From Curvularia clavata (lineage: Eukaryota), in assembly GCA_023920165.1 (NCBI GenBank), contig CP089277.1, positions 496,001-560,000 of the forward strand: 64,000 nt of DNA. Direction: 5' to 3'. Shown piece by piece: positions 50,646-64,000 of this stretch. The notes beneath the pieces are model-generated. The model did no database searches and was not told the origin of the DNA. It was given only the letters and a program-made list of their open reading frames with translations. The position numbers and the translations under genes were made by a program. Every line of letters starts with the position of its first letter. Positions within the stretch are counted from its first letter, which is position 1.

Positions 50646-51888
50646 TCATTGCTCTTCTTCCTCCTTCATCTTGACTAGCGACTTCCCTTGGAACCCAAAT
50701 TTGATCTGGAACAAGAAGGTGTATATCAGGCAGAAGAAATTGATCCGCAACACGTCCAGCCATGTCAACACTGTTACACCATCCTTCACACCCTCATGCC
50801 ATGAATTCCGAACCTCTAGAAACAACTTGGGGTCGTCCGTCACTACTCCATCAAGCCCTTGGCGGATGTCCCACCTCATTCGGCTCTCCTCGTTCACCGT
50901 CCAGGCATATACTGGCCGTCGGTCTTTCTGTGCCGCCCGTATAAACAGCTTGCCCCATGGAGTCATGAGAATGGCCTGTGCCATGTTGAAAGAGACGTTG
51001 GGTACTGTGAAGAAGTGTGACGCAATAAGCGTTGAGAAGCCAATGTGTGAGACAGGGAAGCCAGGAAGATACCGCGAGCACAATGGCAGGTACTTGGCTG
51101 CCCAGCATCCGAGAACAACGCGGCTCTGCCATGGTCGCGATGGCAACGGCGGAACGCTGCGGATTGTGTCACCAATCAAGCGCATCACATCGTCTGCATC
51201 GTTGTCCAACTACTCTCTGTTAGCTGTTGGTCACGCAGGATATCAGCAATTGCAAACCTTAATGTCGAGCAACACCCACACATCCGCCAACTCCGGCTGT
51301 GCAAGATACTCGAGCAGATCTGCCAGCCGGGGCATTGGCTCGTGAGGCTCTTTCAAGGTTCTCAGTTTACTTATGAACTCATAGTCACAGTCTATGATCT
51401 TCTCATCCCTGCCGAAGCATCTTTTCAGGTCTTTGTCCTGGCAGACATCAGCCGGAAATACAAAATGGCTACTGGAGGCTTACATGGGATAACACAACTA
51501 CGCCGTCTCTTGTTAGATGCAAGTCTGTTTCTAGGCCTTCGGCTCCGACTTCGACTGCACCTCTAAAGGCGCCCATGGTATTCTCGGCGAACCTGGCCTT
51601 GTAACCCCGATGCGCAATGGCCTGTGGTTTCCTCCGCCCTGATACATCCTTACGTGCAAAGCCAAGAGCAACTATATAGACCGTTAGCATATATTTCAAC
51701 CTGAATGATTACAACAGATACTCACTTGGAGGAAACTTGGCCCTGGGGCCAAGGAGTGGCTGCTCTACAATCTTATCCAACTCTCTCGTCAGCCCCTCAA
51801 ATACTGGCGGTACCCCGATAACCATATCTTCAGGATGAGGTGTTTGCACGTCGAGCAAGTCGTCGACGTCGGTCTTTACCCCAGACAT
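50646..51888 (-). CDS. Glycerophosphodiester phosphodiesterase (PGC1-like), 4 exons, C-terminal TM
   Basis: [35 protein letters not shown] and DGVVTDDP motifs. Confidence 0.9.
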
Positions 51889-53621
51889 GACGAAGTCGGT
51901 TCCTAGCCTATTCAACAACCCGGCGGTTCGGCAAGCGCGCGAAGCGGAGATTTCGGCGCTAACAGAGCGATGTGCACTCAATCAACGTGGTATGCGGAAT
52001 ATATGAATCGAGAAACTCGCATGCGTAGACGGCGAAGCACCTATATCCCCAAGATCAGGCATACTCCATTGCAATCTCCACAAGACCAAGGCAAAAAGAT
52101 CAACGGTGCGGCAAATCTAAAGAAAAGCCTTTGCTTTAGCACACACCACGGAACCCATACATACGCTACGCAAAAGCCTCATTCGAGTGACCCCCTCCAA
52201 AAGATTGCCAGCCAGGCGGTCTTTTCCTGTACCCATTCCCACGGGACGTGTCCTAAAGCGTGTTAAAACATGGACCCATGTTACCACAACGGGTATGGAT
52301 TGGCCAGATAGGTTGAGCTAAGCTCGTTCTAAGACTGTCTTTGATGGTAGCTCCCGGATGCTTCAGGTCCCGAGACGGCACAACACCTCTCGTTCCAGGA
52401 CCACCCTTTGTCGCGCACGAGACGTGTCAGATGCTGCAACGCACGCAGACCACTGAGTCATTTGAAGGAAGGGGAAATACGAAGCCCCATCATGTGGGAC
52501 GAGTGGGTAACCGCTCTCCCCCCTAGTAGTGACTTTGCCCATCTACCACATATCCGTGCTGCCAGAAGAGGCAATTCCGCAACGGCCCATGGAACCCTCT
52601 TTTTTGCTTTTCTTCTCCCTCGTCTCAAACAGAATCCGGCGCTCTGGATTGGATCCATCGCTTAGATCCGCGTGGCGTGTCGATCAACATTCCTGGCGCT
52701 TGGACTCTGTCTCACCTAACACACGCATCTGCAACTGTGCATACTTTACCCATCTCGATCACAGCAGACGCATGTCATACCCATGCCGGCGTCACGCCCG
52801 CAGACCGCAACTCTGGCTAAACAGCCACACGCATTTCTCCGTTCCCCTGGCTAGAGGAAATAAGACCACTCTGTGTTTTGTCCCTGACCACCGGGAAACC
52901 GGGTACCCAGCTTAGTTGCGATTGCAGTTGCGGTGCGGCACAGCTGGGCTTGACTTTCGTGGCGTCCGGAAAGCTAGAATGCCGTGAGCGGTGAACATGG
53001 GAAAGTCGAGAACAAGGACAGACGGTGGAAAAAGAAAAAAAGTAGTACACAAGTGAAGCCTGTTTTCGAGACACTTGGGTTTACTTTTTCAAAGTATCCG
53101 GTGATATAGTATGCTTGTAAAGTCGGTGTGTGGAGTACTTTGGAATCATTATGACATCTGCCGTGACGCAGCTGAGCGTAGCTGGGTCAGGGGAGCACAT
53201 AAGGTCTACGCCACAGAAAGTCTTGGTGTCGAGTATGATGTCTCTGAAGCCTAGACTAGTCGGCCAGAGCACGACCTTGTGCCCAACATGTATAATCCGG
53301 TGCAACTACAAACTCTCGGCGTGAGCATTGGGGTGCGTTTGCAGTATCGGTTCTTTTGTTGTTCGTAGTAGTCCGGGAGAGCGACTACCTATGCAAATAC
53401 AAAAATGCTCTTTCGTGACCGCTTATTTACCATTCCACGTCCATGCTCCTACCCATTGCTTGTCGGATATCGCCCCCACTTCCCCTCTCGTACTAAGCAT
53501 CGTGGAATCTCACTTCCTCTTTTTCTCACTATGAGCTCTTTCAACTGTTCAAGTTCATCATCAACCTGGTACTAAACTCTATTCATGAAAGTTCGTAAAT
53601 TGTTTCTATTCCTCTCCCCAT

Positions 53622-54704
53622 CTACGAAACAGGCTCGAACTGGGGCGTATACTTGGCAGCCGCCTTGGCGAACTCCTCCTTCTTACTAGCCCAGTCTGCT
53701 ATGGCTCGGTGTTGTGGGGCCACGGACTGAAGCTGTGTCTTCATCTTTTCTGTTTCCTCCTTCTTGCCAAGCAGTGTGTTAAGGACGATCAGGTTGGCGA
53801 TTGTGTCAGCAGAGGTGCCGTCGATGGAGAGAGCTTGTTGGAGAGCGGCTTCAGCCTCCGGTAGGCGACCGAGATGTAGTTCTGATACGGCTTGCGCGAC
53901 GAGCGAGTGGGGAGAAGTAGATTGTGCGGTTGTGGCTAGTTCTTCGAAGACGTAGAATGCGGCTTGGTATTTCTCGCCGCCCTGAATTAGAATTAGTATC
54001 TAGTATAAACATGATTGATTGCGCAAAAGGGCGGTAAAGAGAGTGGCAGGATCTGAGCTACGTACCTCGCGCATGCCAACCCAGCTTTCAGCAATGTTGA
54101 CCAGAAGACTGTCCTGTGCCCATTTCCGCGCGCGCTGTGCTTCCTTGGCGGCAAGATCTGTACGGTTCTGTTGGAGGTGGATTTGCACAATGAGCGCTAC
54201 CCTGTTCAGATGTCAGCCATTGCACCTCGACTTGCAAATTGGGGGCTGTCGCACGCATCCAGACTGCCTTGGTGCTTGCTTAGCAACTCGAGCGCAGCCT
54301 CTGTCTCGCCCGCCCTCTCCAGAATCATACCCACGCAGAGCTGCACAGTAAGGTTTTCCTGTCCGCTCTGCTCCGCCAGCTTCTTTGCCTGGCTGAGAAC
54401 ATCCTTGCCTTGTTCATAGTCTGCCAGCAACTTTACTGCGACGAGATCTGGTGTCTTCTCAGATGCGAGTTCGCTCGATACGGATTCTGCCTGGCCAAGA
54501 GCGATTTGGCTGCGAAGTTTTAGGACACGAACAGGGAGCGCATTCGAGGCTGAGAAGGATGATGTGTCGAAATCGAGGACTTGTTGGTAGGCGCCTGCGT
54601 GGAAGGCCGAGTGGATGTTGATGAGCTCTGGAGTGCGTTAGTGTGAGTTTCTGGTGTGGTATGCGGCGCAAGATAGTACCTCCTTCTGGTGAATAGGGAT
54701 CCAT
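53622..54704 (-). CDS. SEC28: Coatomer subunit epsilon (COPI)
   Basis: MDPYSPEGELINIHSAFH, VQIHLQQNRTDLA..AQDSLLVNIAESW and EKYQAAFYVFEELA TPR-like motifs. Confidence 0.9.
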
Positions 54705-55151
54705 GATTGCGGTGTACAGAGTTAATTGAGAATGGCGCAAACAAACTGTAGCAATGGGCCCGGACTGAAGATGCAATGGTGGTGTTGAAGCCAGATTGAG
54801 TTTGGGCTGTCTGCTCGGACCCTGCGAGTCGCTCATTGGCTGGCTCGACCAGCTTCTCCGATAGTAGCCAGCGAAGCATGACTTTACGACTTACAATTTC
54901 CATTTTGACGTGGAAATAATGTACGGTAAAATGCCTGGGACATAAACAATAGGAGAAGCATAGTATTGAAGATCAAAAGGCTCAATCAAACAGATGTTAT
55001 ACAGAAATACAGCGCATAGCTACTTAGGTGCTGACAGGAGTTTCCAAGAAAGACATATTTAAGTACAAGAGCTGTGTCGAGCTATATGTGTTCGAGCCAG
55101 GTCTTCATCTACATTAACAACACAGCGTCCCATTCACCTGATCATCTGATC

Positions 55152-56094
55152 CTATACTCTCCGAATAGTAAAAGTCATATATCTCGTGCCAGCAGGGACC
55201 AAGTTGGTCTTCATCCTCTTCGACAAATCCTCTTCGCCAAGCACAGCTTCAACATGCCATTCCGTCCCAGTTTCCCTACCGACCTTCTCCCACATCTCCT
55301 TCCATGACTCGGCGTTGTGCCAAAAGGCATCCATTCCCTTCATCAGGTGGGCGAAGCTGCCCGCCTCGGGCTTTCCTCCTTGGCGCCCAACGATGAGAGA
55401 GTTGGGCACTGGTTTCAACAGTCGAACAACGCGTTTTGCTGCCTTGATCTGGCCCTCCAAGTCAAAAAGATGAAAGAATGAGGCTGCATTAATGATGTCG
55501 ATCTTGCCATCCAGCTGCTTCAGCTGAGAATCGTCGTCGAAGATGTCAGCTTCCAGGAATTTCGTTTTCAGACTGGATTTGTCAAGGAACATGTCCAAGC
55601 CCAAGCCCCAAAAAGTCTGTTTTAGATCAGAAGCATATGTGTTCTCAGACGGGGCGCCGTCGTGGACAAGCTTGCGGACGTCCTGGCCCATGCAGCATCC
55701 GAGGTCAAGAAACTGTTGTCCGTCCTTGATGCGCTGGACAACTTCTTGGTAAGCTGGACTTACTCCAATAGAGAAGTTAAGGAATCCCCAGTTACCCAAG
55801 CATGGATAGGGGTACTATATGAGGTGTTAGACAAGGTTTCTCTACGTGGTACGGCGGACTTGCTATCTTGAATGCTTCATCCCTAACATGCTTGATGTGC
55901 ACAGCTACATCAGCCGACGGCACCTTGCTGTAGTTCTCAAACAGGTCCCTGACATCAGGCTTGGGCTCCTCGACCTCTTTTGTATACCACGGCAATAGCT
56001 CGGGATTATCGACATAAGCTTTGGTTGCGACAATTTGCTCGACTGCACTCCGCTCCTCCTGAGTAGCGTCTTTGTTTGGTGTTTGCCCGTCCAT
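55152..56094 (-). CDS. Class I SAM-dependent methyltransferase; GC-AG intron 55815-55863
   Basis: RDEAFKI|YPYPCLGNWGFL, FLDLGCCMGQDVRKL and FFHLF motifs. Confidence 0.88.
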
Positions 56095-56629
56095 TTGTTT
56101 GGTTTCGATAGGGTAATCACACAGAGAACAACGCGTTTGATAGTCTCCATTCAACACACCATGTCGGTCTTCTTATGCATCCCGTTCGCAGGCTGCCGTC
56201 AGCCCCCTCATTGTCAATCAGTAGCGCCTTCGCCACCCTCTACATCACATCGGCTCCATAATCAACCCGACCACCCACAACATCTTTCCTTTACAGATGG
56301 TGCATTGCATCGCGACACGAGTTCTGTCACCTAGAATGGTTATGAAGAATACTGCCGAAAGAGCGGCATCTTGGGCGGCTGGACTTTCCGATTAGGATGG
56401 TGGGGGATGGCGGGGCATGGTTGCCCGCACGGCCAGTGACGTGCATCGATCTAGAAAATTGTGCCCAACGCAAACATTGGGAAAAACTCTAAACTCGGCC
56501 AAACTGAAGCTCCCCATATATATCCGTCGACGGCTCTGTCAATCCTCTGTCTCTTTCCCAATTCGCTGCTCAAGGGTCACCACATCTCACATACACACCC
56601 GTTTCTTCACGCGTCCTCCCACCAACAAG

Positions 56630-57752
<1,123 letters not shown>

Positions 57753-59649
57753 GCGCCTGCCCTGCAAAATTTTCCTTTAGTTACGGCTTCACTAGATACC
57801 ACATGTCAATGACTACCAAAAGACTCCAAGGTCACGCAAAGTTTTGCACAAAAAGCGAGTTTATGAATAATTCGGTGACTGGTTCTTCACTGTACGCAGG
57901 CTGTAGCGCTGGAGTTAGACAATTCACATTTCTGCCTGCAAGTAGACCTGGAAGGCGCTTCTGCAAGATACGTGTCCATGTCGTCTATTTGCTGCTGCGT
58001 TCAATTCGACTGCCTTGATTTTTGTGGCAAGCTATCTGACACGCCAACGGGGTCGTGACATTGGCAATATATTGACGGGCGTTTGTATGTGTCAAGTGTG
58101 CTTCAGACTTGCTGTTAGCTGCCAATAGACAACAACAACGATCCAGTGGTAGCAGTCTTTTGCGCTTAGAGGAAATGGCCCAACATGAACGACGCGCCTT
58201 CATGTTGACGTCCAGCTAATGGGATGCACAAGTTTCAGCACACGGCCTCAGCACGGAAATCGGCAACTGGATGCAAATGCCGCAGAGGGTAGGTGTAGGA
58301 ACGAGGCGGGCGCTGCAACGCTATCGGCTGTGAATATGAGGCCATTTTCCACAGCAGCGTACGCACGCCGTACCGCCACTGGCCGTGAGATGTGTGAAGT
58401 ATGTGGGCCGCCGGGCTAGACGGCAGTGCATTAATGCCGTAATGTTCCGCTTGGTCAAGTTGTTGCGAAACCCAGCGTCTTTGTTAGCGACAAGTGAGCC
58501 AGTGTGGTCCAAACCGCCCCTGCACGAGACGTCAATATGCGTCAAGGGAGCCTATAGATAGGAGTAAACTAATCTACACTGGGGCCGGCGTGTCGTCCAT
58601 GGAGAAACTCGTCTGCTAGGCGACCGTGCGATTCGACATGTTTGCCTGAACTGAAAGCGTTTGTTCTGAAGGCGAGGAATGGCCCGTACCTAGTTCGGTG
58701 GCAAAGTGTGGATCAAACCCGGAGAGTATCGTTATGAACCGATAGCGCTATACGCGAGGAACCGGCCAACTGTAGACGAACGCTCAACGCTCTTGAAGGA
58801 TGCTTGACAAGTGTCAAGACCGTTTGGTGGAGCGTGCCTAATGAGACAGGTGGACGATGCCTTCTAGGCCGCCTGAGGCTTGAAGGATTGTGTGTCAGTT
58901 TGGTGGTTGGAGTCTAGCTCTGTTCTATGTTTGGTAGAAAGTCCGAAGATGACCCACGAGTTTTGTGACGCGCGAAGTGTCACAACGATCCGGCGACTTA
59001 GCCGCAACATAGTGCCGGTAACTTTGTTTGAGGCTGGCGCGTGGGACCGCAGTGCGGCTCTGATTCAGCATTGCGCGATGCCAGCGATGTTGTGCAGATG
59101 TCAAGTCAAGTCAATATAGGAGCCGTCTTGCATCGTGCCTAAGACGTGCCTCAACCTGCAACCGCAGTCTCTCCTCTGTCTTGCGCGCTCGCTCACTTCG
59201 CACGCGGCTCTCTGTCTCGTTGCGTACGCTTCCCTTGCCTTTTTTTCTTCTTCTCTTTCTTCTTCTCCTTCTACTACCGCTTTTATTGGTCGAGCCGGAC
59301 TCCTCCTTCACAATTGTCACTATCCTTGAAGCTTTATTATACACCCGTCACAAGCTCTCAAGCACGCCCAAAGAAATACGACTCACGCCCATGCTCTACT
59401 AGCACGATCCATCGCTTCTATTTTGCTTCCTGTTCTATATTCGCCCAGAGCATTCAATCTCGGTTGACCGAATCGTCTGGCTACGTTTCCCATTGATTGT
59501 ACATACTTTACCGCGGCACCCGACTCAACAGCCGCATTAAATACCTCGCCTGCCAAGTTCTGCAAGCAGCCGCTTCAGGACACCCAGACGATTACGCAAT
59601 CCTCACCGGCGTCAGTTCAACAACAGCAAGACAGGTCGCAGCGACAATC

Positions 59650-61581
59650 ATGTCGGCCACTTCCAAGAATGGGGAGCCGTTCAGCCCGGCCAAGGTCCAC
59701 CCACTTCTGTCCCCCCGGACCAAGTTGAATTCCTCCGACCTTAACCCCGTACATGCCGACGCCGCACCATTTAATAATCTCACCCGCCCAGAATCACCGC
59801 AACCTCCACAGACTAGTGTCCACTGCCCGCTGGATGCGCCGTATAATGCTTCGCCCACTCCCGCTGAGACTGGCGGCGCGCCCGCTGTAACACAACAACC
59901 ACCCAGTCTGACATCAGACGACTCTACAAGAACTCGATCCTCGACCGCAGTCAGCACCTCTTCCTCGATCGAGAACCTTTCCGTCCTGCCTCGTGTGCCC
60001 TCGTTTGGCGAGCACCGCACCCGGAAACACCGCAAGAACGCTTGCTCCATTGACTCGGCTGTTCCCCGCCAAACCCTCCTAAAGGCACTCCAGTCCCGGC
60101 CCCCACCCACCTCAGAGTCTATCGATAACGCCGCCATGGACGACTCCAACGACGGGCGCAAAGGCGCCCGCTCCAAGAGCATCACCCAGTCGCAGCTTGC
60201 CAAGGCCATCTCCGAACTTGAGTTGAATACTGGAGACCTGTCCGCCAGTCGCATCGCCGCGCTTGCATCGCCTTGCTTTTTCCACAAAAAGTTCGACAAG
60301 GCGGTCAACCTAGGCAAGGTCCTAGAAGAGATGTCCGAAGACGAGACAATATCCCACTCGAGGCTCATGCAGACAGCATGCAGCGTCCGCGAGGTCTCTA
60401 AGCAGCTCCAGCGACGGCCCATCAAGATGACAGTGCGCAACGTCATGATTGTTACAAAGGCCCGCGATAACAACCTCGTATACCTTACGCGCGAGTTGGC
60501 CGAGTGGCTCATGACTACCTCACGCTATGGATCAGATGTGGGTGTCAACGTCTACGTAGACCACAAGTTGCGCAAGTCAAAACGCTTCGATGCCCCCTCC
60601 CTGCTGGCAAAGGATTCCCGCTTCGAGAGCATGCTTCGCTGGTGGACCCCGGATCTCTGCTGGGAAACCCCTGAGATCTTTGACCTTGTACTCACCCTTG
60701 GTGGAGATGGTACTGTCCTCTTCACTTCATGGCTCTTCCAGCGCATCGTCCCCCCGATTCTGTCCTTCTCGCTCGGCAGTCTTGGTTTCCTCACCAACTT
60801 TGAGTTTGCGCAATACCGCCCTGCACTTGATAAGATTATGTCAGAAACCGGCATGCGTGTGAACCTACGCATGCGCTTCACCTGCACTGTATACCGTTAC
60901 CAGAAGAATGCCGCTCAAGGATCACCTCAACATATTGAGGCTGAGCAATTCGAGGTACTCAATGAGCTGGTCATTGACCGCGGCCCATCACCCTATGTCT
61001 CAAACCTGGAGCTGTATGGCGACAACAACCTGCTCACTGTCGTTCAAGCTGATGGCTGCATCTTCTCCACGCCCACTGGCTCAACCGCATACTCGCTCTC
61101 AGCAGGCGGTTCGCTCGTCCACCCCGATATCCCTGCCATTCTCCTCACACCCATCTGCCCTCACACGCTGTCCTTCCGCCCTATGCTCCTCAATGACAGC
61201 ATGCTTTTGCGCATCGCAGTACCCATCAAGTCGCGCGCCACTGCCTACTGTGCCTTCGACGGCAAGGGTCGTGTCGAGCTCCGCCAGGGTGACCACGTCA
61301 CCATCGCCGCCTCTCAGTACCCCTTTCCCACCGTGCTCTCGCAACCCACCGAGTGGTTTGACAGCATCAGCCGCACCCTGCGCTGGAACTCGCGCGGCGC
61401 GACGCAAAAAGCGTGGGACGGCGACGATGAGGATGCTGAGGACGAGGACAAGGAACCAGACTTCGATATCGACTTTGACAACGACGATGTCGATCGAGAT
61501 TCGGGGTACAGCGCTGAAGGCAGTACCGTCGACGGCAGGGGAAGCCCAATAAGAAAGGGCGTGGTGCTGCCTTTCTTGTAA
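59650..61581 (+). CDS. NAD+/NADH kinase (Utr1/Yef1-like)
   Basis: SPCFFH, LGGDGTVL, GSLGFLT, LNE and DG..STPTGSTAYSLSAGG motifs. Confidence 0.93.
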   Translation: MSATSKNGEPFSPAKVHPLLSPRTKLNSSDLNPVHADAAPFNNLTRPESPQPPQTSVHCPLDAPYNASPTPAETGGAPAVTQQPPSLTSDDSTRTRSSTAVSTSSSIENLSVLPRVPSFGEHRTRKHRKNACSIDSAVPRQTLLKALQSRPPPTSESIDNAAMDDSNDGRKGARSKSITQSQLAKAISELELNTGDLSASRIAALASPCFFHKKFDKAVNLGKVLEEMSEDETISHSRLMQTACSVREVSKQLQRRPIKMTVRNVMIVTKARDNNLVYLTRELAEWLMTTSRYGSDVGVNVYVDHKLRKSKRFDAPSLLAKDSRFESMLRWWTPDLCWETPEIFDLVLTLGGDGTVLFTSWLFQRIVPPILSFSLGSLGFLTNFEFAQYRPALDKIMSETGMRVNLRMRFTCTVYRYQKNAAQGSPQHIEAEQFEVLNELVIDRGPSPYVSNLELYGDNNLLTVVQADGCIFSTPTGSTAYSLSAGGSLVHPDIPAILLTPICPHTLSFRPMLLNDSMLLRIAVPIKSRATAYCAFDGKGRVELRQGDHVTIAASQYPFPTVLSQPTEWFDSISRTLRWNSRGATQKAWDGDDEDAEDEDKEPDFDIDFDNDDVDRDSGYSAEGSTVDGRGSPIRKGVVLPFL

Positions 61582-61899
61582 GAGAAGGGCCCGGCAACCT
61601 CCATGCTGCTCGGGCGGGTTCCCAGTGGTGTTTTAGCTATTTCGTCTGGGTCTGAATGAATGTTGTTGGACAGCGTCTTCTGCATTCTTTCTCCCACTCT
61701 TTTTTTTCTCTTTTAATTCTTATCATTCGTTTGTATGAAAGAAATACAAGTAAATACGTGTGACAGGTAGAAGGAGCACCGAAAGCATGTTGTATCGGGG
61801 AAGAGGGGTGATTGAAGATTTGTTTCAACTCAAGATATCCTTAGAAAGCGTGGCGGATACAAACAAAGTACATAGTAGAAGAATCAGAACAAGGTCTCA

Positions 61900-61925
61900 A
61901 TATATATATATATATATATATATAT
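61900..61925. repeat. (AT)n microsatellite
   Basis: Perfect AT run; a similar run lies at about 35224-35243 inside a hemerythrin-gene intron. Confidence 0.9.
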
Positions 61926-62525
61926 TGAGGAAACTACTTTCGGCCCCGCAGTTTTTTCTCCCTGGTGTATTTGGGTTTACTTTTCGTCTTGGCTGTGACG
62001 CTGCAGGCATTTTCGCGACATATTTGGTACCTGTGGCGTGGAACATGCCGGCTTCCTTTGCAGCATTACGTTTTGTTTTTTGTTTTCGTCATTCGCGTTT
62101 TATCATTTGCCTTCTTGAGCGGAGGGCGGAGTTGGGGACCGTCTTATACGATATCACCTCATAGTGTGGTGACATGTGAGATGTAAACTCCGCTTAGACG
62201 CAGCCAACTCTCAAGTACTTTTGCAGAGAGGTTCGAGTTAATGGCTTGATATTGTACTAAAAAAAGGAGCTGATTGAAAAATGCATAATTGCTAAAAACT
62301 TTCTCATATGGTATATGTGAACAAAACAGCTAACAAAGCCTCTCTCTTTATTGCTCAGCATTTAATTTTCGAGCATACGACAGACGAAAAAACAAAACAA
62401 AAACAAAAACACAACATTACGCTTGTTCCCTTGCATCAACCCAGAGTATCGCCATTTTGTAGGCCCAATCCAAACCCAGGAAAACAACAACAATGAAACT
62501 CACACATTCACCCTGACTTTACCAT

Positions 62526-63559
62526 TCAAGCCCCGTTCTTGTACGTCAGCCCCCCAGCTTTAACATCAAAATCAATCAACTCGTCCATACCACACACTTT
62601 AAACAACTCCCTCGGCCCGTGTCTCTTCCCATCCTCTTCCACACTCTTCACATTCCCCTCGTTCTTCATCTGCTGCACTGCCTTCCTTACAGCCGGGTAC
62701 ACGACCTCGAGGGCCAAAAGAGGAAAGATAGCAAGTTTATACCCAATCTGACGACATTCCGGGACGCCAAAGTTCGGTGAGACACCACCGGGCACGTTGT
62801 TGAAGAGACAAGGGATGGGCGCCATATCGATGCAAAGGCGTCTTGCGTCCTCGGCGGTAGTAACGCCCTCGAGGAACGCAACGTCTGCGCCCTGTTCGGC
62901 CGCGACCTGGAGCCGCTTGAGTGCCTCGTCGTAGCCAAACGACTGCAGTGCATCTGTCCGTGCGATGATGACAATGTCGCCGCCAGACTGCTCGCGCGCC
63001 AGTCGTGCAGCGCAGATGCGCGCAGCGAATTCTTCAGTGCTGACGAGTTGCTTGCCGTTGAGGTGCCCGCACCGCTTACTCACAATTTGGTCTTCGAGAT
63101 GCAGACCTGCGACACCTGCGCGGATGTAAGAGGTCACGGTACGGCCGACCATGACCGGCCCGCCGTAGCCTGTGTCTGCGTCGGCGATGAGCGGTGTCTG
63201 GGGCGAGAGTGAGGCTAGCATCGAGGCGTTCGATACCATGTCGTTGAGCGTGGCGATGCCCATGTCGGCCGCACCCAGTCGTGACATGGTTGTTCCCGCG
63301 CCAGTCTGGGAACATGGGGTTAGTTTTTGTGTGACATGGTTATATGGCGACGTGTAAGGGTAATTTAATGGGAGAGAAAGTAGACAGAGCAAGGTATAAT
63401 GTAGCGGGACACAGGTGACTTGGTATAGCATACCATGTATAAACAGTCTACACCCTCTTGAAGCGCTATGCGTGCTGTGAAGCCATCGTATACACCGGGA
63501 CATGCAATAAACTTCTCTGGATCCGCGAGCATGGCTCGTAACTTCTGGACGGCCGCCAT
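62526..63559 (-). CDS. PEP mutase/isocitrate lyase superfamily lyase (2,3-dimethylmalate lyase/oxaloacetate hydrolase-like); intron 63306-63433
   Basis: PGVYDG, YM|TGAG, IADADTGYGG, HLEDQ..KRCGH and IARTDA motifs. Confidence 0.9.
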
Positions 63560-64000
63560 TTTCCTTCTCTTACGTTTAGATGGGTTTATTTGATGTCGTG
63601 TTGGTCCTTGGTGTCCTTGCCCTGATTACAGTATTCCTAGCTCTTTCTTTGCGAGGTTCGTGTATAATATGTGTTGTATGTAGTTATGTGTGTTGGACAC
63701 AGAAAAGGCCGATGGTTGAAGAACCGCCGTGCACAACAATGCAGGGTAAGTCTAATAGTAATAGCAGCAAAAGTACTAGTAAAGAATATGTTCACGGCAT
63801 CAAGGCCGAGACTGATTCTGCGATCAAGCAAGGCATTAAAACCCTGAACTTTGCCCTGGATTGATCACGTCTCGCTGAGTATCGGCGTGTTGCGTAACTC
63901 GTTTTCGCCAGCCAAAGACGTTGAGAAGGAGCTGTCATGTACCTATTGCTTTCATGCAACCCCCAGAAAAAAGAGAAGACCCCACTAATACGAATTGCAG

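Overview
Gene-dense eukaryotic DNA from a filamentous ascomycete. Short GT-AG introns with CTAAC/CTGAC branch points and the gene content suggest a Dothideomycete/Pleosporales-type fungus; the taxon is inferred. I can support two Pol III genes (a variant 5S rRNA and an intron-containing tRNA-Asn) and 26 protein-coding genes. These include an MDC1/Mdb1-like BRCT protein, STE2 pheromone receptor, HET-domain protein, CsbD-like protein, class III-like sirtuin, PMP3, a divergent CNOT11-like protein, Egh16/GAS1-like effector, ARP2, RPL5, MHP1-like LRR protein and a hemerythrin-like protein. Further along are IDO, an Obg/YchF-family GTPase, Pom1-like DYRK kinase, Pex24-family peroxin, gamma-tubulin, GDPD, COPI epsilon, a SAM methyltransferase, spermidine synthase, NAD kinase and a DMML/OAH-like lyase. 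No intact mobile element, CRISPR array or secondary-metabolite cluster was seen. The best leads are a CNOT11-like CCR4-NOT subunit, a UGA-CUAG readthrough context with a 73-codon open extension on STE2, a covarying 5S rRNA variant, several unusual splicing features, and a small HET/orphan/sirtuin block. All family calls come from motif recognition by eye; no database search was run.
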